A DNA stretch of 63,342 bases, filler included, from Octopus bimaculoides (GCF_001194135.2; 5 parts of 5 records of this genome joined end to end with filler, not necessarily neighbours in it), one strand, 5' to 3'. Numbered from the whole stretch's first letter, positions 25,901-38,560 are shown. Notes: a model not told the origin generated them from the sequence alone. Made by a program: numbers and translations.

Positions 25901-26779
25901 CCATGTATAAACATCATTATGCAAGCAAGGTAGTTCATTTCTAATCTGTGAAAAATGTGTCTTTCTATGGGAAAATATTACCTTGCTTCGAAACTAATGA
26001 GAGTTGGCAACAGGAAGAGCATCCAGCTGTAGAAAATCTGCCTCAGCAAATTCCATCTGACCCATGCAAGCATGGAAATATGAACATTGAATGATGGTGA
26101 TGACCTTGCAATCAGTCGGTTATTTAGGACTATAAGACTCACTGCTTTGTGTTTCTCACCAATTTGTATTATTTGTATTACAGTGTATTATTGATTTATA
26201 TTGTATTTTTATTGATCATTGGAACAACCAAAAAGAAAAGTAGATCTTTTCAAGTAGTGCCTTCAATCTTAGGCTGAACAGTGTAATTTAATTAGGAGTT
26301 TGATCCTAAGCATCAGAAAGTGGCCCAGTCATAGCTTACATAGTAGTCAGACTTATCTTCAGTTTATTTCAAGTTTCAATGTGTGACATAAAAACATGCG
26401 ATGAAAAAATTATCTTAAAGATATCTCACTGACTCATGCCTGGTTACAGAAATATCCAAGTGTGGAGAAGATTTTTTTATATTTTGCTCTAGAAATAACT
26501 TGTAAAGTATATATGATCATTAGATATTTGTACTTTATTTCTTCTATTTGGTTAGTAAGCATGCTTGACATTACCTTACGCAGAATGTCTTCTTATTGTG
26601 GCAGATATAAACCAAATTCTGTTTTTACTTCATAAGCTCAAGCAAAGCCTGATGCACAGTATTACTAATAGTAACAATAAAATTCCTGTTTCACATTTAC
26701 AAACACAGTACACTGTATTTTAAATATACAACAAATTAATGATCACTCATTCCAGTGCTATCCAGTCAATTCAGCAGTT

Positions 26780-28980
26780 TAGTTATTACTCATTCTTGAG
26801 TGGATTCCAACTTCTGTGGCCACTGTCTTGCTGTCTATATCAACTGACAACCTTCTGATGTTCCAACTATCAATTTACACTTCAAAAACATTTTAGGCTT
26901 CCACCAGAATTTCATCTGGCTTCATCCTGACCAGTTAGGGATCATCATCTTTCAGTTTCCTGGCTGTCTACTTGAATCGTGTCTGAGTGGATGCAGTAGT
27001 CATGCCAAGAGCAGGATTGCTACCATTACCTACACCCCACTCACTCACCTAACCCTAGAATAATGTTTTTAAAATGCTACCAGCTGTCACAAAAAATAGT
27101 GCAAATGTTGCTTGTGATGTTTAGTCACATTATCACTTTATGTCATCAGAGTTTATAGCTTAATGACACCTTCAACTGGCACTCCTCTGTACGGTTTTAA
27201 GTCGGATTGGAAAATAGGTTGCCAATGCCAATTGCAGACCTGCAGCAACAGACAGCTTTTCAAGCAATTTTATATCACAGTCACTAACAGTGGCTGTTGA
27301 AGGTGCAAGCAGCAGAAAAGAGAAAAGTGGTTGTATCATGCATGAATTTTGGAAAACCTGATAAAACTCTGTGTCCTTAACAGTTGGTAATGTGCTAGTT
27401 CCCCCCCCCCCCCATTAGCTACACCTAGAAAATGTGCTGGACCTGGTTAGGAAAAGCCTGTGGATCTTGTGCAGTTATGCATTCTTTCAAGATGAGAAAC
27501 ATAACAGGGGCTGTTCTGCTTTTCAACTACAACATTCCATGCAACCAAAATGTGGCATGGAACCTATATCACTAACTAGCATGATGTAAAAAAAAATTCA
27601 CAATATGATAGCAACTGATATCTGTGGAGATAATGGGTGTCATTGGCAAACTAATGCTAATGATACTTTCACAAGTTCACCCATGAAACCATGTTACGAC
27701 TATTGCTTCCTCCAAGTGATTAGGTCCGCTTGTTTTCTCCAGTTCATTAAAGATCTAGAGAATGATGGCATTGAACTTGCTGATAAGAAACTCATTGATA
27801 TGAAACAGCTTCACATGGCTTGCAAACTTGTTAACCAGATATGGAGACCTCACCAGATTGTTCAATGAGTAAACACCCCATGCAGTGAACAAAATTTGCA
27901 CAGATCAAAAATGACTCGCTGCTGTATGAGTACATGATTAAAATCAGCAATGATTGTAGGTAACAAGCACTAATGCATAGACTCAAAAGTGTGCCATTAA
28001 CCTGTTGAGTAAAAGCAGTTAGGCAGCAGTCAAACACAACCAATGGGGGTCTTTCCAGTGAAATGTTATTTATGTGGTTTCATTTAAAAAGAAGATACTT
28101 TCCTTATCTGTAGTTATGTTTGTCAGGCAAGTATCATAGGCATGTGCATTTTCCCTGCAATTTTCCAATGTTTTCCCAGCAAGCATCATATGTTGAGAAA
28201 ATAAGAATAATATGAAACAGCAGTACATGCCCAATAAACATGTTCACTACAATTACACCAAGTTGGATAAACAAACATGATTACTGGATGAACAAATAAG
28301 CAAACAAAACTCAAAAATTTCACTCATTTTCTTAAACCTGACTCTAGATTTTTGCAAGAGGTTCTAAACTAGGGTTTCTACCACAGCCCATTGCTTTACT
28401 TTTTGTTAAGAATGAACAGTGAATCTATAACAACACCATAATATATACATATCACTTAGCTCTTGTGGCTCTTTCTTTTTACTCAAATTATATATATAGC
28501 AATGTCCTAGCTAACAGTGACTTCAAAGATAAGATATACTACAACCCTCCTAATAATAATATGAATCATAAAATAGACCTAAGAAAATAATTTGGTTCAC
28601 CCCCAGCATTTCCCAAGAAAATCACAAATCCTATGCGTAGCATCTTGAGTGAGTGCTTTTTATTGCCCCAGACTTTGTCATGATGTGAGTCAGTTCTTGT
28701 TTGGAATTACTGCTCTTATAGACAGAAACCGTGTATCACTAACACATTCTAGTTTTGACATAATTTCAACAGCTGGATGTCCATCCTATTATTAATCACA
28801 GAGCATGCTGGTTGTATTTTGTCATTGATCTTGTTTTCAGCAAGATTAAAATGTCCTCTCAACACCATTATCTCTTTTTGTTCATTCATCAACACTAGAC
28901 GTTGTCTCATCCCTGATTTAAAAGAGTCCCCCTCTTCTCAGCATTGTCTCCATTTGTTTCTTTATTCTTCACACAATTAG
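26780..28980 (-). pseudogene. Heavily decayed RTE-like LINE (APE endonuclease and RT remnants)
   Basis: Minus-strand remnants: KEIMVLRGHFN (GDFN-like), QLLKLCQN..IHGF, SIFNELEKTSGPNHLEEAIVV (pre-RT), IDSWNIRRL (EN-start-like); many stops. Confidence 0.45.
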
Positions 28981-29307
28981 GCATGCAAATCATATCTTAG
29001 GTACCAGGAGAGTAGTCAATGATTATGCTAAAGAGTCCCTTCTGTTACTCTGTATCAATCTGTCCTAAAGAGTCTCTTCACACTGTATATCTTTATTTTT
29101 ACTTCTATAATTCAACATATTAGGGTTCATACCAGAATAGGGTAAGCTCATAGCAGCAGTAAAAACCTCTTGTTATAAAATTGTGTCCATTCTAGTCTAT
29201 AAAAGTTGCTTGGTTTGGTAAAGAGTTTTATGAAGATAAGGCCTAGAATCTCCTTTAATATTATGATATTAGATAACTAAGTCTTTATAAATAGGTTATC
29301 AAGGGTT

Positions 29308-29717
29308 CAGTGGCGTGCGGTGACTTCCGGGGTTGGGCATGCAATGAATTCCCCCCACCCCACCATGGCAATTTTTCAGTAAATAAATTTTCGTATTCCT
29401 ACAATTTACATAGGGGAGATTCTGAATATGCAATCACCCCCGTATGACCTAGAATAAGCAGGGAATAAAAAATGGCTCTGTAAAGATGAGCCTGAAATAA
29501 GTGTATTGTTTGTATTTTTCTCTCTCTTCGAAACGTCAGTACTTTCCCATCCTCACTCTCCCTTAAAAAGTCTAAAAATCATAAGTGAAATGTAATAAAG
29601 ATGAAATTGGATTCTGTTAATATTTTTGCATATTTGGAATCTCTGTTAAAGGTAGGAATCAGAAAAAAATTTTTCACAAAATTCGTTTTTCAAAGGGGTG
29701 CGATTCTGCATTAGCCC
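29308..29717. mobile_element. Probable DNA transposon end (CAGTGGCGTG start), truncated by the gap
   Basis: Abrupt switch to CpG-rich sequence starting cagtggcgtgcgg; the second end is not visible. Confidence 0.3.
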
Positions 29718-29817
29718 NNNNNNNNNNNNNNNNNNNNNNNNNNNNNNNNNNNNNNNNNNNNTTAATTAATTAANNNNNNNNNNNNNNNNNNNNNNNNNNN
29801 NNNNNNNNNNNNNNNNN

Positions 29818-29862
<45 letters not shown>

Positions 29863-29982
29863 ATACACACACACACATATATAGATACGCTTATGCATAT
29901 ATGTATATATATACACGTGTATGCATGTGTGCGTATGTATATATATGTGCATATATGTATATATGTGTGCGTGCGTGCGTGC

Positions 29983-30018
<36 letters not shown>

Positions 30019-30859
30019 CATCATATCTAGTATTATATTGTAGATAATACAAAGAGAGTAAATCAAATTCGGATATCCATAGCCTCCATTACATTGCAGA
30101 CGAAACTTTATAAATAAATTTCATTCTTCTTGCTTCTGTAAAATAGCATACGATATTTACGGTGTACTTCTCATTCTTATAGCTGTCATTACGTTGTAGA
30201 CGACTCTTATGGAGTAAATATAATTTGTACACTTCAGAGACGGTACCTGCAGGCTACTTGAAATTATTACTTTTCTTTTAAGTCAAACCAATAATTTTTA
30301 ATGGATTTAATCAGTAGCATTAAAAAGATTTTCTTGAGATAATTATATATATTCATTAAAGGTTAAATGAAATGAAAATCATAGTATTAATTAGGACTGA
30401 AGAAACGTATGACGTCATCAAACTTTAACAGCCAGCTTTGTTTCAAAATGAACAGAATCATTTCATTTCTGATAGTGTAGTATTACGTAGTGAAGAGAAA
30501 CGTGTTACCCATGATAAAACGGCAATCTATTTCAATTAAAGTTCTGAGTAAAACGTCTTCGTCACATACAGGTGAGATGAAACGAGTAAGTGCTAAATTT
30601 CTGTATGCAAATATTTAGGTGAATGATATGTGAAGGGAAATAGGCGAAGGGAACTGGAGGCACAAAATTCCCTCACGAATCTGTCCCACAAATTTGAACC
30701 GCGGAATTAAGTCATAAATACAATATTTGTAGTGTAGGCTTTCACCGAAAGTTTTGATTTCTTTTCGTATTGCTAACTGATATAAGGGGCCATTTTTGAA
30801 AAAAAATTAAGGTGATGGAATGTTGATTTTAGAATCGTATGACCACGGATTCGGGATTC

Positions 30860-31160
30860 GTTATAAAAGATCATTTATATAAAGTGGCCGTTGTATCTAT
30901 CTGCTGTTGAATCAGAGTCTTAGGTGGTAAAGTCACGAAAAAAAAAAAACTCGACAAACAAATACAAGAAATCAATATTTTGCATGAAAACACCGGAGTA
31001 AAGAGCATGAAGATGATCAAAATACGAAGCTCTAAATATTAGCAGACAGACAGCCGTGCAGTGATACAACATATAGTCCAAGTAGACGAAAACCTTCTTT
31101 TTAAGAGGAAAAAATGTAGTTGGAAGAGTGGTGAAGAAGTTTTGGATACTTGTGCCAGTT

Positions 31161-31165
<5 letters not shown>
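30860..31165 (+). pseudogene. Merlin/ISXO2-like transposase relic
   Basis: Frame reads AVIQHIVQVDENLLFKRKKC, resembling the Merlin motif 'G.IVEIDES.F.KRK'; in-frame stop upstream. Confidence 0.4.
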
Positions 31166-31207
<42 letters not shown>

Positions 31208-32975
31208 NNNNNNNNNNNNNNNNNNNNNNNNNNNNNNNNNNNNNNNNNNNNNNNNNNNNNNNNNNNNNNNNNNNNNNNNNNNNNNNNNNNNNNNNNNNNN
31301 NNNNNNNNNNNNNNNNNNNNNNNNNNNNNNNNNNNNNNNNNNNNNNNNNNNNNNNNNNNNNNNNNNNNNNNNNNNNNNNNNNNNNNNNNNNNNNNNNNNN
31401 NNNNNNNNNNNNNNNNNNNNNNNNNNNNNNNNNNNNNNNNNNNNNNNNNNNNNNNNNNNNNACATGTATAAGTTTCAGACGATATTAGAATAATGGAATA
31501 AAAGTCAGTCATTATAAGAGATCTCCCAAAAATCTATTTCCTTAATTTCTAACTACTACTTCTGGCACATATATTTACGCAATTTTGATTTTGAAGTATT
31601 AAAAAAATTATTTGGAAATTAAAAAGAGAAACGAATGGTAGATTCGGCCCGTTCGTATTTTAAAATCACGAATAGGAATAAGCGTGGAAAACTGCATCAA
31701 AAGAACCAATTTTCAGAATTTTTACTTCTTTTAAAAAATGCAGATTTTGTGAATGGAACAAACTAGATCCTGAATAAGAAATGAATGTTTAATATGACAA
31801 ATTTTCAGACTATTTTACGTCATTTTAAAAAGGGGCTGACTTTGTGACTCAAACTAACTAGATCTAAGTACAGTGAATACCATCCTTTACAATTTGCTAC
31901 TCATATAAAGTACATATGAATTTCAACAATTTCTATCAGATACACTCTCTTTCTTGAGCATAAAAAATACTGTTCCCCGATGACAATAACTTATATGTCA
32001 GATTGTTGTACAAGTTCTAGCTGTTTTGGTAAGGGAAATCGGAAAGGTCTGAAACGATTTCATCAACATTTACTTGTACAAAAGAGCACTCTTTCGATAG
32101 ACAACACGTTGATCTCATAAGTGTCACGTGGTGGAAATAAACGCAATTACCAAACTTTCAATTCCTTATTTCGTTTTTTCTTGCATTTCAATTTGTACAT
32201 CTGTAATCCTGACTGCGTACAATTCTCTACTGGACCAGTGGGATCACCACTGTAGTGAGAATTGTTCCTTTGCTTTACTATATTGAATTCACATGCACCT
32301 GTGAACAAATGGATGCATCAAAACTGACGTTCTCTGCGTCGGATATTAGACCTAATCTGTATAGAAGTAGTGAAATCAAAGACGAACGTTGCCACTATTG
32401 ATTCTTGCAATTCGGAAACAATAAATGCTTAGGAGACGAATTTCCCACCTCGGTATTCAAACAAGGGATATTTTCCTCAAATAAGCAGAGAGGTTTATGA
32501 TGAAAAACAAAAAAAAAAGAGGAATATTTGCCAAGGCCTTCTTCATTCATAACATTTTCCATATCTCAATGTTTCCTTCAACAATGAATACCAGTGATAT
32601 ATTAAGGAAACCAAATTGCCTGCAAGATATTGGCGTTGCATCTCGTCCAAATAACTCGTTATTATAAACCATGATAGCGTTCAGTAGGGGAATTGATTAC
32701 ATTTTTGTCGCTGTGTGCTTCGGTACAATGTGAAAGCAATTTGTCCCGATCAATAATGGAATCGGTGGCGATGTCTGCCATCACCCAGTGTTTCAGTCAC
32801 GTATTCCTCGTTGGACAATTTTGGCAACCTGACAATAGATATACACATACATACATATATGCTTAGATGCATATCTATACATACAAACATATACGGGCGC
32901 GCGAACACACACACATATATATATGTACATATGTACATATATATATGTTTGTATATGTAAGTGTGATTATCTGTA

Positions 32976-33065
<90 letters not shown>

Positions 33066-33634
33066 TAAATATATGCATATATATATATGTATGCATTTGT
33101 ATATGCATACATGTACACACGTATATTTAGACAATAACAAAATTGTTATATACATATAGTGTATCTCTCTTTGTATATGTATGTGTGTGTGTGTGTACAT
33201 ATACGAAGGACATGTATATCCACATATACTTATGTAGATATAACCACATGAGAATTATTTCTGTGAATACAGCGTATAATTGTCTACACCAACACACACA
33301 CACAAACACAGATACTTAAACACACATATGCACACCGAAATACGCACATATGCATACACACACATACAAACACACATGTATATACATGTATGGAGTTGTA
33401 TATATTTAAGTACCTAGAACCACCTACATCCATGTGGATATACACACTTATGATAAATGCGCATATACTTGCAATTGGATGTGTATAATTTCAGATTCGC
33501 ACGCACGCACACGCACACGTTTGCATACATACCACTACGCATACAGACATGGGTGTACATGTGTATACCTATCTATATTATTGTACATCTGTGTCTGCAT
33601 GTGTAAGTATGGATATCTCAAATTTCAGACTTAC

Positions 33635-33671
<37 letters not shown>

Positions 33672-34087
33672 CACACACTTACACACCAACCGCACCACAC
33701 ACACACACACAGCATACACAAACACACATGCGCGTACACACACAGACAAACACAAACCTCGCTCACATAGCCTAGCAAGACAATTATATCCCCACCTGCA
33801 CCACCACCACATACTGAAGTAGTATCCCCTGTTTTGTACCTGTCCAAGATCTACTGCACTTCCTTTTCACCAATTCCGTCTACAAACATTGCAATGTCGG
33901 TGCAGTGCCAATAGCGCCTGCAAGTCATTTGCACCGATCTTGCAGCGTTCGCTTCCAACACCTCACTCATACACAACAAAATTTTATTACAACAGGAAAA
34001 ACAATTTATAAATAATGCACTATATATCCCTATTTCTTTCGTTCTTTCTTTCTTCCTTTCTTTCTTTCTTTTTATCTTTCTTTCTTC

Positions 34088-34118
<31 letters not shown>

Positions 34119-35161
34119 TCGTTCTTTCTTTCTTTCTTACCTTCTTTCTATCTCTATGCATACGTGTGTGTATATATGTATGGTGAATAAAAACAACTNN
34201 NNNNNNNNNNNNNNNNNNNNNNNNNNNNNNNNNNNNNNNNNNNNNNNNNNNNNNNNNNNNNNNNNNNNNNNNNNNNNNNNNNNNNNNNNNNNNNNNNNNN
34301 NNNNNNNNNNNNNNNNNNNNNNNNNNNNNNNNNNNNNNNNNNNNNNNNNNNNNNNNNNNNNNNNNNNNNNNNNNNNNNNNNNNNNNNNNNNNNNNNNNNN
34401 NNNNNNNNNNNNNNNNNNNNNNNNNNNNNNNNNNNNNNNNNNNNNNNNNNNNNNNNNNNNNNNNNNNNNNNNNNNNNNNNNNNNNNNNNNNNNNNNNNNN
34501 NNNNNNNNNNNNNNNNNNNNNNNNNNNNNNNNNNNNNNNNNNNNNNNNNNNNNNNNNNNNNNNNNNNNNNNNNNNNNNNNNNNNNNNNNNNNNNNNNNNN
34601 NNNNNNNNNNNNNNNNNNNNNNNNNNNNNNNNNNNNNNNNNNNNNNNNNNNNNNNNNNNNNNNNNNNNNNNNNNNNNNNNNNNNNNNNNNNNNNNNNNNN
34701 NNNNNNNNNNNNNNNNNNNNNNNNNNNNNNNNNNNNNNNNNNNNNNNNNNNNNNNNNNNNNNNNNNNNNNNNNNNNNNNNNNNNNNNNNNNNNNNNNNNN
34801 NNNNNNNNNNNNNNNNNNNNNNNNNNNNNNNNNNNNNNNNNNNNNNNNNNNNNNNNNNNNNNNNNNNNNNNNNNNNNNNNNNNNNNNNNNNNNNNNNNNN
34901 NNNNNNNNNNNNNNNNNNNNNNNNNNNNNNNNNNNNNNNNNNNNNNNNNNNNNNNNNNNNNNNNNNNNNNNNNNNNNNNNNNNNNNNNNNNNNNNNNNNN
35001 NNNNNNNNNNNNNNNNNNNNNNNNNNNNNNNNNNNNNNNNNNNNNNNNNNNNNNNNNNNNNNNNNNNNNNNNNNNNNNNNNNNNNNNNNNNNNNNNNNNN
35101 NNNNNNNNNNNNNNNNNNNNNNNTATATATACATACGGAAGCATAGCTTGCCGCTGTTCGG

Positions 35162-35231
35162 AAAGAATCGATGGGCCACGCTTTCGCGGTCCGTATTCGT
35201 ACTGAAAATCGAGATCGAGCGAGCTTTTGCC
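35162..35231 (-). pseudogene. Isolated 28S (LSU) rRNA-like fragment, ~70 bp
   Basis: Reverse complement GGCAAAAGCTCGCTCGATCTCGATTTTCAGTACGAATACGGACCGCGAAAGCGTGGCCCATCGATTCTTT closely matches the conserved eukaryotic LSU segment GGCAAAAGCTCGCTTGATCTTGATTTTCAGTACGAATAC.GACC..GAAAGCG.GGCC (recalled, not searched). Confidence 0.8.
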
Positions 35232-35788
35232 GTCTCAGTGACGGGTTAGCACCTATCTATTGACTGACAAGGAAGACCAACCTCCCCACGGCAAGTGAGA
35301 AGTGTCATATCATCGATGATTTCGGATTCAATTAATCCTCATCAGTGACATTTACTCATTTGCCTAGGGTTAAATTGAATTCGCCTTGTCAGCTTATAGA
35401 AAATACCATAGGAATCAGTTACTGATGCGGTGAAATGGTAAAGTGAAAATTATAAATTATATAAATTATTCGCAATTTAAAAACAAAAAAAACACACAAG
35501 TACAATCATCAATAAACTGACCAAGGCTGCAAATCAGCACCATCATTGCTAGAAATAGAAGTCAAAACAACTCTTAGCCACGAGCAAGCACTTCTCTATT
35601 CACTGACAAAGGATGATATGACACTCCGTATAACAAGCGGGGAGTATCACTTCATCAATAATTTTGGATTTAATTAATCCTCATTAGAGACAAGCAATGC
35701 TGGGGCTAATCTTCACCCTTAGTCACTTTAATGAAGTTTGACCTTGTGCCTTTTGGTTTTTCAATTGCTAATAGCCACCTTAATAATT

Positions 35789-35820
<32 letters not shown>

Positions 35821-35821
35821 T

Positions 35822-36076
35822 AAAAATGCGCCCTTTCAAAGCCTAGTCAGGTTCATGGGCCCGGTTTCCCGGTTTCAATAGTGTATGTGCTCCCCAGCTG
35901 GACGGAACGCCAGTCCATCGTAGGGTTACTCATTTTTTGCCAGCTGAGTGAACTGGAGCAACGTGAAATGAAGTGTTTTGCTCAAGAACACAACGCGTCG
36001 CCCGGTCCAGGAATCGAAACCACAATCTTACGATCATGATGCTGATACCCTAACCACTAAGCCACGCGCCTCCACA
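35822..36076 (-). mobile_element. tRNA-derived SINE family F
   Basis: Head gtggaggcgcgtggcttagtggttagg..ggtttcgattcc, then gttcttgagcaaaacacttcatttcac; homologues at 49081-49335, 52480-52720 and 61360-61500. Confidence 0.8.
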
Positions 36077-36495
36077 CATACACACATACTAATATATAAT
36101 TATATTATATGATTATATTAAAGGGTGCGGATGAACTTCACTAACAAGCTAGAAATAGACGCCAAATGGCTCTAAAAATTACATCTACACTCCTTTAGTA
36201 TAGGTTGCAAGCGGACAGATGAATAAATGAATAAAGTTTTTTTTTTTATGGTTAATTATAAATCGATTTCTGAATTAGGGTTCTAAAACCCCTTGCTGTC
36301 ATTAGTACAATACGCTATAGTATATAAATGCAAATATTAATACACACCCATACGAACAAAATATATCCGCGCGATTATATACATACATTTACATGTATAC
36401 ACTAATTAAATCTAATTTTTTCATCTCAACCACGTACGTTTAAGATCAAAATAATATCGCAATAAATATATTTTGATCAAGGGTAAAAACATATA

Positions 36496-36740
36496 TTTAT
36501 ACAAAATTAAGGATAAAATCATTTTAATGACTTTATCACGCTGCCAGCGTATAATGCAACCATACAGGTAACAATTTATACTAATATATAATTATATTAA
36601 AGGGTGCGTGTTGGTGAGGTTTATCCACACCCTTTAATATAATTATATATTAGTATAAATTGTTACCTGTATGGTTTTATTACACGCTGGCCACTTGATA
36701 AAAATCTTTAAAATAATTTTATCTTTAATTTTGTAAAAAT
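36496..36740. repeat. Foldback hairpin: 49-bp perfect arms (36558-36606 / 36628-36676), 21-nt loop, imperfect extension to ~110 bp
   Basis: aaccatacaggtaacaatttatactaatatataattatattaaagggtg is the exact reverse complement of 36628-36676. Confidence 0.9.
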
Positions 36741-37551
36741 GCTTCCTTTAGTCGAAAGAATCTACCCTGGTACATTTTTTAAGCTGGGAACTTATCTCAT
36801 CGCTCTTTTTTCCCGAACTGCCATTTTACAGAGATATAAACATACCAACGCCGGATGTCAACCGGTGGGGGATGGCAAACACAGACACAAAAACAGACAC
36901 ACACTCACACACCCACCACACGCACACACACACATGTATATAAATTACCCTTATTTGTATTTTTTATTTTTATTTTTATTTATATTTTGATTTCANNNNN
37001 NNNNNNNNNNNNNNNNNNNNNNNNNNNNNNNNNNNNNNNNNNNNNNNNNNNNNNNNNNNNNNNNNNNNNNNNNNNNNNNNNNNNNNNNNNNNNNNNNNNN
37101 NNNNNNNNNNNNNNNNNNNNNNNNNNNNNNNNNNNNNNNNNNNNNNNNNNNNNNNNNNNNNNNNNNNNNNNNNNNNNNNNNNNNNNNNNNNNNNNNNNNN
37201 NNNNNNNNNNNNNNNNNNNNNNNNNNNNNNNNNNNNNNNNNNNNNNNNNNNNNNNNNNNNNNNNNNNNNNNNNNNNNNNNNNNNNNNNNNNNNNNNNNNN
37301 NNNNNNNNNNNNNNNNNNNNNNNNNNNNNNNNNNNNNNNNNNNNNNNNNNNNNNNNNNNNNNNNNNNNNNNNNNNNNNNNNNNNNNNNNNNNNNNNNNNN
37401 NNNNNNNNNNNNNNNNNNNNNNNNNNNNNNNNNNNNNNNNNNNNNNNNNNNNNNNNNNNNNNNNNNNNNNNNNNNNNNNNNNNNNNNNNNNNNNNNNNNN
37501 NNNNNNNNNNNNNNNNNNNNNNNNNNNNNNNNNNNNNNNNNNNNNNNNNNN

Positions 37552-37582
<31 letters not shown>

Positions 37583-37656
37583 CACAACGGCTTCTTTCAG
37601 TTTCCATCGACCAAATCTACTCATAATGATAAGATCGATCCGAGGCTACTGTATAT

Positions 37657-38365
37657 ATATAGGGTCTTGTAAATAAACTGAAACCAATTCTAAGTAGTTG
37701 ATTTAGTGGGTTTAACATTTCATTTCTTGACAAAACCTTGCTTGCTTGAAAATCTAATCTTTATTTTTTAGGTAAATAGTGAAGTGATTCAACAACAGAA
37801 TCGTTACGCCATTGTTGTTTTGGCGCGCACCGGGCACACTGCCAATATAATTGTTAAGTTGATGAAACTTCCAAAAGCAACAATTTATTATGTGCATAAG
37901 CAATCTAAAGAAGAAAGAAAGATTGATAGAAAAAACACAAGGCTCGAAGTGATTCCAAGCGCAATCCAAAGTTCCTCGCTGGTCTCAAATGCTCGATTGA
38001 AGCCAACCCATCCACATCCATAACAACTCAATGTGTCCCTTTCTACGGTGTCCAGAGCTGTGAACAGGAACCTTAGCATGACTATATGTTCCGTCACCTC
38101 ATAACAGCCAAGACCAAAGCAATTTGAGCCGAGAGATGCCCAAAGCTTCTGTCATTCATCAAGCATCAAGGTGCAGGAAAAACACTCGTGTTTGTGGACG
38201 CTGAGGTGAATCGCAGAAATTCTTCTTTCTGTGTTTGAGACTAAGAATCCTGTCTCTGTGATAATATTTGGAACCGTGACGAGTGATGGATCCACACCTC
38301 ATTGAGTCTGGCTTGAATATGGGCACAAAGGAGTATCTGGACATCCTGAAGAATTTCTGTTACCT
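37657..38365 (+). mobile_element. Tc1/maT-like transposon relic
   Basis: N-terminal HTH-like RYAIVVLARTGHTANIIVKLMKLPKATIYYV; DDE-region pieces PVSVIIFGTVTSDG and HLIESGLNMGTKEYLDILK; frameshifted and deleted. Confidence 0.6.
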
Positions 38366-38447
38366 TCAATGTGTTCTATATGTGTTCCTTCAATGTGTTC
38401 TATATGTTTTCACTCAAGGGTATCTGTCTATACCTTGGCAAATGGAT

Positions 38448-38560
38448 CTATTCCTTATGCAGCGTAGTTCTCCGCCTATGTGACACACTTGTTTGGCCTG
38501 TATAGTTGTGTCCACAACCTGAACAAGTTATGACATAAATTAAATTCACCAGATGTCGGC
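38448..38560 (-). pseudogene. Penelope-like GIY-YIG endonuclease fragment
   Basis: NLIYVITCSGCGHNYTGQT matches the PLE signature N.IY.I.C..C...Y.G.T. Confidence 0.7.

Noticed and set aside
29480-29545. GAAACGTC word suggesting another hammerhead
   Set aside because: There is no upstream CUGANGA core or pairing stem.
32120-32285. Plus-strand frame containing WDHHCSENC (DHHC-like)
   Set aside because: It lacks the surrounding Cys-rich DHHC-domain pattern and PW..NC spacing, and is bounded by stops without splice support.
34015-35205. ORFs of 300-400 aa spanning N runs (also at 8.3, 23, 37, 39 and 45 kb)
   Set aside because: They are open only because N codons contain no stops.
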